Below, one piece after another: positions 42,076 to 48,824 of a stretch of 51,507 bases of DNA. A program made the translations under genes and the position numbers. This DNA comes from a virus. The stretch covers positions 1 through 51,507 of IMG/VR virus record IMGVR_UViG_3300037424_000314. One strand, given 5' to 3'. A model generated the notes under the pieces. It was not told where the DNA came from, searched no databases, and saw only the letters and a program-made list of their open reading frames with translations. Position 1 is the first letter of the stretch, and every line of letters begins with the position of its first letter.

Positions 42076-42526
42076 GGTATCTTCCTCCTCTTAATTTTTC
42101 AAGATCTTTGGGATCAAGGATTGGACTGTCTGAGATCACTAGACGGCACCAAGCGAAGTACAGCGAGTAGACCGACATCGTGGTCTCTTGATGGAGCGCC
42201 AGTAGGCTTGCTCCCACCGGTTTTAAGAAATTTTCAACATTGATCGTTGGCCTTTGACGCCAGTAGATCACGCCTGGGTGATTCTCCTTATAATTAAGGA
42301 TGTGACGGAGCATCCAGGTTAGGGCAGTCTCAGGTGAGGTACACCAAATACCGATGGCGGCGCCCTCATGCTTAAGACCACCTGAGACCCACGTTAAGAA
42401 GTAATCTCCCGTGGGGGCGTACGCCACCGTACAGTCAGGCGCATGGACCTGCCGGTCTTTTTCGATTAGTGCCACCGCTGACTTAAGGTTCCTTTTCATT
42501 TGATCTATGTCCATGGATCTCTTCAT
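41993..42526 (-). CDS. Hypothetical protein (177 aa)
   Basis: Long ORF. The 3' 83 nt overlap the amidase gene. No family recognised. Confidence 0.55.
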   Translation of the reverse strand: MKRSMDIDQMKRNLKSAVALIEKDRQVHAPDCTVAYAPTGDYFLTWVSGGLKHEGAAIGIWCTSPETALTWMLRHILNYKENHPGVIYWRQRPTINVENFLKPVGASLLALHQETTMSVYSLYFAWCRLVISDSPILDPKDLEKLRGGRYLEQPNTDTHCDTPQPDEGRGDGKLEGN

Positions 42527-42529
42527 TGT

Positions 42530-42769
42530 TTATTTCCTTTTTCGAGCTCTGTCGAGTAGCTCAAATTCATTGAGTAGGTCATGAACGTCATAGGCAAGGT
42601 GCCTGATGACACGGTGTGCGATGTATATGACCACCGCGAATGGCCAGATCCAGACCGGGTAACAGATGATGTATCTTCTGTCCCAGTCACGATACAACGG
42701 GAATAGCCATCTTGGTATCGGCATCCCGTCCTCAATTGCTTCCCAAGTAATTATGGTTCTAAGTTTCAT
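42530..42769 (-). CDS. Small membrane protein (79 aa, one TM)
   Basis: TM segment YIICYPVWIWPFAVVIYIAH. It lies upstream of the endolysin region, so it is also a possible holin candidate. Confidence 0.5.
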   Translation of the reverse strand: MKLRTIITWEAIEDGMPIPRWLFPLYRDWDRRYIICYPVWIWPFAVVIYIAHRVIRHLAYDVHDLLNEFELLDRARKRK

Positions 42770-42777
42770 GGTTTCTC

Positions 42778-43125
42778 CTATAGTCCGGTGAAGTCTGGTG
42801 GAACCCAGTCTGGTCCTTTTAGGAGCTTACCGTGGCCGGTGTCCTGACCCTTGGTCATGTTCGACGTGTGCACACGATCCATTGCCTCATCCGCATCGAA
42901 CCCGTACAGGCACGCCGCACCGTAGCAGACGTACAACAGGTCCGCCACCGCGTCAATCACCGCCTCACGATCATGCTCCTGCATCCCAATGATCAGCTCG
43001 GTGGCCTCCTCAAGAATCAGACGCGCGCGCACGAAGCGCGTGTCCACGTGGTTATGATCAAGTGACAGGTCATACTTTAACATGAACTCTGCCACCTTTA
43101 CCTGATTCGGTCCTATGCTATACAT
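42778..43125 (-). CDS. MazG-like all-alpha nucleoside triphosphate pyrophosphohydrolase
   Basis: 115 aa. RARLILEEATELIIGM...AVIDAVADLLYVCYGAACLYGFDADEAMDRVHTSNMTK shows the E-x-x-E...D-x-x-D metal-binding helix pattern of MazG/HisE-type NTP-PPases. Confidence 0.7.
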   Translation of the reverse strand: MYSIGPNQVKVAEFMLKYDLSLDHNHVDTRFVRARLILEEATELIIGMQEHDREAVIDAVADLLYVCYGAACLYGFDADEAMDRVHTSNMTKGQDTGHGKLLKGPDWVPPDFTGL

Positions 43126-43128
43126 GTA

Positions 43129-43491
43129 TTACTTCCTCCATTGAACGATCTGATTCAGCACATTGTCTAACGTGCCTGAATGAAGAAGCAGAACTTCCCA
43201 GTCATGCCCACTTCTGACCTGCCACTGAACCGGCTTATGCTGATCAAGCACCCTAATGAAATAGGCCCTACCGCCATTTTCACGGTATAGGTCCGCCATG
43301 GTTTTAAGCTGTAACTTGGTGGGGTCGTTGTACTCACGTTTCACCTCTACCCATGTTGTGCTACCCTTATAGGTGTACGTGGAGTCGGGTAAGGCCGCCA
43401 CATACGGGTTGGATAGCTTAAAGATCACAATACCATCGAACATCTCCTTTGCTCGTGTACGCATCTTGTTAGACCAGAACGATTCATTCAT
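43129..43491 (-). CDS. PD-(D/E)xK-type nuclease (VRR-NUC/resolvase-like, tentative)
   Basis: The ATG at 43491 lies 7 nt after GGAGGT and overlaps the polymerase stop (ATGA). LPDSTYTYKGSTTWVEVKRE fits D-x(n)-E-x-K. Confidence 0.5.
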   Translation of the reverse strand: MNESFWSNKMRTRAKEMFDGIVIFKLSNPYVAALPDSTYTYKGSTTWVEVKREYNDPTKLQLKTMADLYRENGGRAYFIRVLDQHKPVQWQVRSGHDWEVLLLHSGTLDNVLNQIVQWRK

Positions 43492-45239
43492 GCGGCTAAC
43501 CTCCATGAGTCGCCCTTCTTAACCTTCCAAATGATGGGTACCCTTAATTCCATCTCCTGTTCGTTGAACACCTCCTCTATCTTCTTGATGTCGGCATCTG
43601 GGTGCACCGTGCCGTCCACCTCATCATGCACCGTCATCTGCATCTTAAACCCTAGGTTCTTCATCACTGAGTAAATCTTAACGATCTTAAGCTTCATTAG
43701 ATCAGCCGCCGTGCCCTGGATCATAGCATTCAGCGCGCTGTGCAAACGATCCCGAAGTGGGTAACGACGTCTTCGTCCCAATAGTGTCTTAGCAAAACCC
43801 CGTCGTTTTACGATTTTGATGACATCCCACATAAGTCGTGATGCCTCTGGAAACATCGCTTCATACTCTTTGTTGATCTCTTCGCCACGTTCCAGGGTAC
43901 AACCAAGCTGAGCACACACCTTGTCTATGCCCATGCCATAGATCTTCCCGAAGTTCCAATTCTTTGCCGATTTCCTGACCCATCCTATCAGCTTGGCTAC
44001 CTCCTCATGAAAGTCGCAGTCAGGATCATCGACATACGCCTTAATCAAGCGAGCGCTACGGCTGTAATGCGCAAAGATTCTGAATTCTATCTGACTCGCG
44101 TCGGCGGAGAGCCAGTAACCACCATCAGGGATAAAGAGCTCACGGATGATCCACTGTCTGGTGGACTCATCTTGCCGCTCCTCCGAGAAGACCTGCTGAA
44201 TGTTGACGCTCGAGCTCGAGTACCGTCCGGTGATGGTGCCATACTCGTTGCCGCGCAGCTGGTTTAGGTTGTAGTACAACCGGCCGTTGACCTGCTCACG
44301 CCAGTATTTATCGAGATACTTAGAGCACAGGCTGCTGATCTGCCGCGCCGCCAGTGCCATGCCAATGACGCGGGATTGTTTCTCAGTTGAGGCCCCCATC
44401 ATTAACAGGAGCGATTGCTCCGTGTATGAGTCCTCTCCACCGGCGGTAAACATTGGGACTGAAAGTCCCATCACCCTGAATAATTTATTCAGGCTAGTTG
44501 CCTTGTTGGGGCTAACCTGGAATCCTACCGCGTTTGAGATTTGTGTGCATAACCAAGCGTGTTTCTGTTTTGCCTCGACGCGCCAGCGCGCCAGCTTTGG
44601 CATGTCAAGCCGGGCGCCTTGGCGCTCCATGAACAGGGTTGGGTAGGCGCAGGCATCTTCAAGGTTTGCGACCTCAATTAACTCCTCTGCCCGGATAAGT
44701 GGTCGGGCATGCTCGTACAGTTCATAGGTTAGTCGGGCATCGTTAGTACAGTATGGACCTACCTCCCATGCAGGCATCACATTGATCGGCATCCTTGATG
44801 GCATGACCTTCTTGCGTTTCTTCAAGAAGTCAAAGGCCAAGGACTCTAGATCGAACTTACGTCGCTGCTCATTGAGCAGGGCATAGTAGTACTGAACACA
44901 TCTAGGTTTACACCCTAACTGTTCGAGATCAACCCCAACCTTTAACATCATCGAGATGTCAAAGCTCGGATTGACCAATGCGACCTCCTTACCCTTGAGG
45001 TTGTCGTTTGCCCAACGCGAGACAGCACCAGGGTCCATGTTACCACCGCCCTGGTGACCCCACCCAAAGTAATACTCCAAGCCAGGAGCATAGACACCGA
45101 AGCCGACGGGCTTGTCGTGGCCGCGCCAGTTCAAACCCGTGGTCTCAGTATCCAGACCGATGCACTTGACGCCGGCTAGGTTGGGTGGCTCCATCTTCAC
45201 CCTCGGCGTATTTACCGTGAAGTCAAGTTTGGCCTGCAT
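43488..45239 (-). CDS. Family-A DNA polymerase with a 3'-5' exonuclease domain
   Basis: 583 aa. Exo I GLDTETTGL, Pol motif A LSADASQIEFRIFAHYS, motif B RKSAKNWNFGKIYGMG, motif C MTVHDEVDG. Confidence 0.92.
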   Translation of the reverse strand: MQAKLDFTVNTPRVKMEPPNLAGVKCIGLDTETTGLNWRGHDKPVGFGVYAPGLEYYFGWGHQGGGNMDPGAVSRWANDNLKGKEVALVNPSFDISMMLKVGVDLEQLGCKPRCVQYYYALLNEQRRKFDLESLAFDFLKKRKKVMPSRMPINVMPAWEVGPYCTNDARLTYELYEHARPLIRAEELIEVANLEDACAYPTLFMERQGARLDMPKLARWRVEAKQKHAWLCTQISNAVGFQVSPNKATSLNKLFRVMGLSVPMFTAGGEDSYTEQSLLLMMGASTEKQSRVIGMALAARQISSLCSKYLDKYWREQVNGRLYYNLNQLRGNEYGTITGRYSSSSVNIQQVFSEERQDESTRQWIIRELFIPDGGYWLSADASQIEFRIFAHYSRSARLIKAYVDDPDCDFHEEVAKLIGWVRKSAKNWNFGKIYGMGIDKVCAQLGCTLERGEEINKEYEAMFPEASRLMWDVIKIVKRRGFAKTLLGRRRRYPLRDRLHSALNAMIQGTAADLMKLKIVKIYSVMKNLGFKMQMTVHDEVDGTVHPDADIKKIEEVFNEQEMELRVPIIWKVKKGDSWRLAA

Positions 45240-46114
45240 TATTGATCCGTCAGCAGGAGATTAAAGGCTTCCTTACGCGGGTGCGTAAGTACCTTAGCAA
45301 AGGTAAACCATGGCTGTGGGAAATCAACGGTCTTACCTCGATCATTGAGAATGACTTGACCATCATTAATCGGTAACGATGGGGCATTGAAGATGGCAGC
45401 AAGCTCTGGTGGAGGAGGAGAGAACATACGGTCACTGCCATAACATGAGATGTCTTGCAGGCCACTGCACATCTCACCAAGCCTGTCTAGGTCTCTCTCA
45501 TACATGTGGGCTGAGCCGAGGTTGAACTGTAAGAAACCTGGTAAGCAACCAAGATGAAAGCAAAGAAGGTTCATGATTTGGGAGAATACATAAAAGTCAT
45601 AGGGCAAACCAAGGAAGATGTCCGAGCTTCGCATGGTGACGATCGTGTTCAGGAAGTCTTCACGTCGAATGAACTGGACGTTCAGGGTACACATGACGTC
45701 CTTGGTCGGCATCCATGGGGTTTCCCAGATACCGGCCACCGCCTGCCTCGTCTGAGGGTCCTCCTTTAGCTTCCCAAGCACATATGGGAGTGCCACCTGA
45801 AGTCTCGGCCCGTACGCGCCCCACATCTTCATACCGTCATCAGAGAATTCGACGATTCGTTTGTTGTAATTTCCTATGGACGGTGCGTCGTCGTAACCAA
45901 AGAGGATCCACAGAAACTCCGCAACCATAAACCTGTAGTTCAAGTCGCGGGTGGGATGGTACAGGATATTGTGCATAGGTTCATTCACGCGAAAGGATGA
46001 TCCAAGAATCTCTCGCGTTGGGATGCCACGTGGGCCGGCTGGCGTGCCGTCATAAATGATTTGGCTGGCAAGACCACGATATGCCGCGTTAAAGTAACCG
46101 CAATTGAGATGCAT
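45239..46114 (-). CDS. Thymidylate-synthase-fold pyrimidine C5-transferase with the dCMP-specifying Asp (dCMP hydroxymethylase/methylase-like)
   Basis: 291 aa from the ATG at 46114; the ORF extends to 46165. Motifs AEFLWIL, YGPRLQ, TRQAVAGIW, nucleophile VMCTLNVQFIRRE, MRSSDIFLGLPYD (Asp codon GAC at 45596-45598, where TS has Asn) and LGSAHMY. TAATG overlap with the polymerase gene. Confidence 0.8.
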   Translation of the reverse strand: MHLNCGYFNAAYRGLASQIIYDGTPAGPRGIPTREILGSSFRVNEPMHNILYHPTRDLNYRFMVAEFLWILFGYDDAPSIGNYNKRIVEFSDDGMKMWGAYGPRLQVALPYVLGKLKEDPQTRQAVAGIWETPWMPTKDVMCTLNVQFIRREDFLNTIVTMRSSDIFLGLPYDFYVFSQIMNLLCFHLGCLPGFLQFNLGSAHMYERDLDRLGEMCSGLQDISCYGSDRMFSPPPPELAAIFNAPSLPINDGQVILNDRGKTVDFPQPWFTFAKVLTHPRKEAFNLLLTDQ

Positions 46115-47027
46115 GGTTGTGCTCCATAGCCTGTTTGAATAGTTTAAGGTATTCCGTGGCTTCATGATGTTTGAAGCGATGGTAGAACTGCGGGTGTGGC
46201 AAACAAGTACATGGGATATCTTGCTGTACTAGCATCTTAGCGGCCTGCTGCCCAAGTGCAAGGACCCGTTTAAGTTTCTTCAGGTCACCAATGATAGGCT
46301 TCATGATGCGTGGCGAACCATCCTTACGGTATGCGTTGGTCAGGTAGTAGTTGTGCCCGATCCCAAGACGCATCAGGGTATTGATCAGGTACGCACTTGA
46401 CCCAGCCGTGGAGAAGAATGGCAGGTCATACATCCGATGGTTGCTCATCTCCCCAACGATTAGGGTCTCAGACCAACTTGGCCCTATCCCAAGGTCAAAA
46501 GGAATCTGCGAGTCGCGCGCCGCGATGAACTCAATGCGCTTCCTTATTAAGTCCACGACCTCAGGGTCAAACGGGTCGATGACTTCCCATCCACTAAGCT
46601 TAAAGCTACGATCTTGGTACAATTCATAGATATGGACCAGTTCTTCCATCTTCTGGAGATATTCAGTCTCGCGTCGTTTCTTCCAGGTCTTAACAACTGC
46701 CTTAAGTGGCGCCGCGCAGATCAGACCAAAGCCATGGCTAAAGACGATATGGTCGATGATGTGCTGCCCAATCTCACCAAGATTGTCACGGTTACGTTTG
46801 ACTGGGCCATACGTGCGTTCACCCAGGTGAAGGCGGTCATGGATACAAAAGGGGTAGGTCAGGGCCTTCACGGCGTAGTGCTCAAATAATGATGGGGCAT
46901 CTGGTGGTAGGCCCTCATGCATGCGATTAACGTGCTTGGTGTTAAACGCACGCATAATGTACTCTTCGAGTTTATTAGCCAGTGTCGTTTTACCGGTGCA
47001 GTCACAACCTTCAAGAACAATCTGCAA
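46089..47027 (-). CDS. Fusion protein: thymidylate-kinase-like P-loop dNMP kinase (N-terminal) + family-4-like uracil-DNA-glycosylase-fold domain (C-terminal)
   Basis: 312 aa. The TTG start at 47027 follows GGGAGGTG. N-terminal domain: IVLEGCDCTGKTT (P-loop) and IHDRLHLGERTYG (DR motif). C-terminal domain from ~aa 170: TLIVGEMSNH...LPFFSTAGSSAYLINTLMRLGI...YYLTNAYRK...VLALGQQAA...CLPHPQFY, which tracks UDG family-4 motifs (IVGE-x-PG, PF-x-G-x-AG, Y-x-TN, LG, HPS). Confidence 0.75.
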   Translation of the reverse strand: MQIVLEGCDCTGKTTLANKLEEYIMRAFNTKHVNRMHEGLPPDAPSLFEHYAVKALTYPFCIHDRLHLGERTYGPVKRNRDNLGEIGQHIIDHIVFSHGFGLICAAPLKAVVKTWKKRRETEYLQKMEELVHIYELYQDRSFKLSGWEVIDPFDPEVVDLIRKRIEFIAARDSQIPFDLGIGPSWSETLIVGEMSNHRMYDLPFFSTAGSSAYLINTLMRLGIGHNYYLTNAYRKDGSPRIMKPIIGDLKKLKRVLALGQQAAKMLVQQDIPCTCLPHPQFYHRFKHHEATEYLKLFKQAMEHNHASQLRLL

Positions 47028-47757
47028 GGGTCACCTCCCAGAGGTTATTGCGCGAGTAGTCCGGGTACAGCGGGGCGAACATGACTGACATGACCTCCCC
47101 GCCATAATACTGCGCAAGATTTTCAAAGATGATGAGCTCATCAGGATTCATGGCCTTGGTGATCTCAGGCTTGCTGGCAAACGTGCCCCAACGCTTTTTA
47201 ACCTTAAGACCTGCCTCCTCAATAAGGTCATTCAACTCCTCTGCAGTATACTCATGGATGTGGTTGACTGCCGCGGCGCCATTAAATATGGGCGTTGATA
47301 GATAAAGGGTAGAACGCTGGTCCATGAGTGATTTGATGTTGGTCAACAGGGTAAGACCATCCTCAGTCTCCATGTGTTCAATCACCTCAAAGCAGGTGAT
47401 CGTATCATAGGGCCCACGCAGCTCAACGAAGTCTGCGATGAAGTCAAACTCCCACCAGATAGATGCCCATGACGGGCAGATGGATCCCTCAGGTTGTTTG
47501 TTTAAATCAATGCCATTGTACTCGGTAGGGATAAGGCTTTTGTTCCCCATCAGGACACGGAGTAACGGCTGATCTTGCCCGCAACCTACATCAAGGATCC
47601 TCTTCCCATAGGCACGGTTCTTATTAATGAACCCCCATCGGAAGAAGTGGGCCGCATAGTCACGGTGTACGTTGTACCCGTAATGTGCGGCCTTAAGCTG
47701 GGTCTTGTCAAACCGACGCGCTGGACGCGTACGACCTGACCTAGTCGGTTGGGGCAT
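47011..47757 (-). CDS. Class-I SAM-dependent methyltransferase (not a recognisable DNA MTase)
   Basis: 248 aa from the ATG at 47757, 7 nt after AAGGAGG. Motif I RILDVGCGQDQPL, post-I GIDLN, YDTITCFEVIEHM. No DPPY/NPPY or PCQ motifs. Confidence 0.8.
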   Translation of the reverse strand: MPQPTRSGRTRPARRFDKTQLKAAHYGYNVHRDYAAHFFRWGFINKNRAYGKRILDVGCGQDQPLLRVLMGNKSLIPTEYNGIDLNKQPEGSICPSWASIWWEFDFIADFVELRGPYDTITCFEVIEHMETEDGLTLLTNIKSLMDQRSTLYLSTPIFNGAAAVNHIHEYTAEELNDLIEEAGLKVKKRWGTFASKPEITKAMNPDELIIFENLAQYYGGEVMSVMFAPLYPDYSRNNLWEVTLADCS

Positions 47758-48343
47758 CAAGGACCTCCTTATCTCGGTGGAGAACAATGTAGTATCTGAC
47801 GATGCGCTCAGGTTCTTGACGAGTGGTTAACTTCCCACCCTTGACCACATCTGCAGTAAGTTCGGCGATGGTTGCAGGACCCAGGCGTTTCAACGAGTCG
47901 AACACCACACCCCGTTGACCGCCACCGGTCTTGGTACCTTCCTTCAAGATGTATCTCTTCTGCAGAACGTCTGAGGTCTTCTTGTTGGGCTGGATGTAGC
48001 TGTCAGGCATCTCCCCAGTCTTAAGAAAGATCTTGAATCTCTCTACCCGCTTATCGTGTCGGTCCTTGATCTTCTGGTCAACCGCATTGAAGTAGTGTTG
48101 CAGCCATGTAAGCTGTACGAAGCTGGCAACGACAGGCACGTAAATTTCAGATGGGCAGGTGAGTGGCATTTCAAGGTCGTGGTGTATGAGAAACCGTTGG
48201 GCGGATGATGCACTGAGCAGCTTCAATTTCGCAACCGTGACGGAGATCCCACGAGCACTAATGAGAAGCTCGTAGGATCCCTTCACGTAGTAAAGATCCC
48301 CGTCCTTCTCACGAAGGACGGGTTCAATAGGTTGATTTTTCAT
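47741..48343 (-). CDS. Two-domain protein: novel N-terminal domain + winged-helix-like module (paralogue B)
   Basis: 200 aa. Residues 142-196 (GQRGVVFDSLKRLGPATIAELTADVVKGGKLTTRQEPERIVRYYIVLHRDKEVLDA) align with genes 10694..11095 and 48365..48715. Confidence 0.65.
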   Translation of the reverse strand: MKNQPIEPVLREKDGDLYYVKGSYELLISARGISVTVAKLKLLSASSAQRFLIHHDLEMPLTCPSEIYVPVVASFVQLTWLQHYFNAVDQKIKDRHDKRVERFKIFLKTGEMPDSYIQPNKKTSDVLQKRYILKEGTKTGGGQRGVVFDSLKRLGPATIAELTADVVKGGKLTTRQEPERIVRYYIVLHRDKEVLDAPTD

Positions 48344-48364
48344 GTGAGTGACCGATCGTTGTGG

Positions 48365-48715
48365 TTAGGCTGCCTTGACTGCCTCGACGGTGCCGGCCTT
48401 CTTCATGCTGGTCATGTAGAAACTGACCACCGACTTCGCGGATTGTTTCGTCTGCAGCTTTCCCTCGATCTCTTTTGTGATCTCGTCGATCGTGGCCTCT
48501 CCCTTCTTCTTCAGGGCATTGACGATCAGCTCGACCTGGCCACCTGTCTTGAACTTTACCTCCTTGGTGGTGAGTTTGAACTTCGTGGCGACCTTGGGCT
48601 CCTTGGCTTCCTTTGCCCCCTTCTTTCCTGCAGCAGCGTCAACATCGGTCTCAGCTGCCTTCTTGCTGACCTTCTCCGCAGGTGCTGCGGCTGCCTTGCT
48701 TTGTTTCTTTGCCAT
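48365..48715 (-). CDS. Histone-H1-like small basic protein: Lys/Ala-rich tail + winged-helix-like module (paralogue C)
   Basis: 116 aa, SD AAAGGAGAG. N-terminal tail MAKKQSKAAAAPAEKVSKKAAETDVDAAAGKKGAKEAKEPK. Module GQVELIVNALKKKGEATIDEITKEIEGKLQTKQSAKSVVSFYMTSMKKAGTVEAV. Confidence 0.7.
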   Translation of the reverse strand: MAKKQSKAAAAPAEKVSKKAAETDVDAAAGKKGAKEAKEPKVATKFKLTTKEVKFKTGGQVELIVNALKKKGEATIDEITKEIEGKLQTKQSAKSVVSFYMTSMKKAGTVEAVKAA

Positions 48716-48757
48716 GGTGCTCTCCTTTTGTTGTGGACATTAACTACGAACTGAAAA

Positions 48758-48786
48758 CATTATATTAAGAATTTTGTCCCGTGTAA
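48758..48786 (-). promoter_or_regulatory. Near-consensus sigma70-like promoter TTTACA-N17-TATAAT (minus strand)
   Basis: The reverse complement of 48781-48786 is TTTACA and of 48758-48763 is TATAAT, with an exact 17-nt spacer. It lies in the only sizeable gap (48716-48824) of this part of the leftward arm, ~40 nt upstream of the ATG at 48715. Confidence 0.6.
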
Positions 48787-48824
48787 ACAAGATCGACAAA
48801 AATACTTCTGCGGCAGGGGACCGA

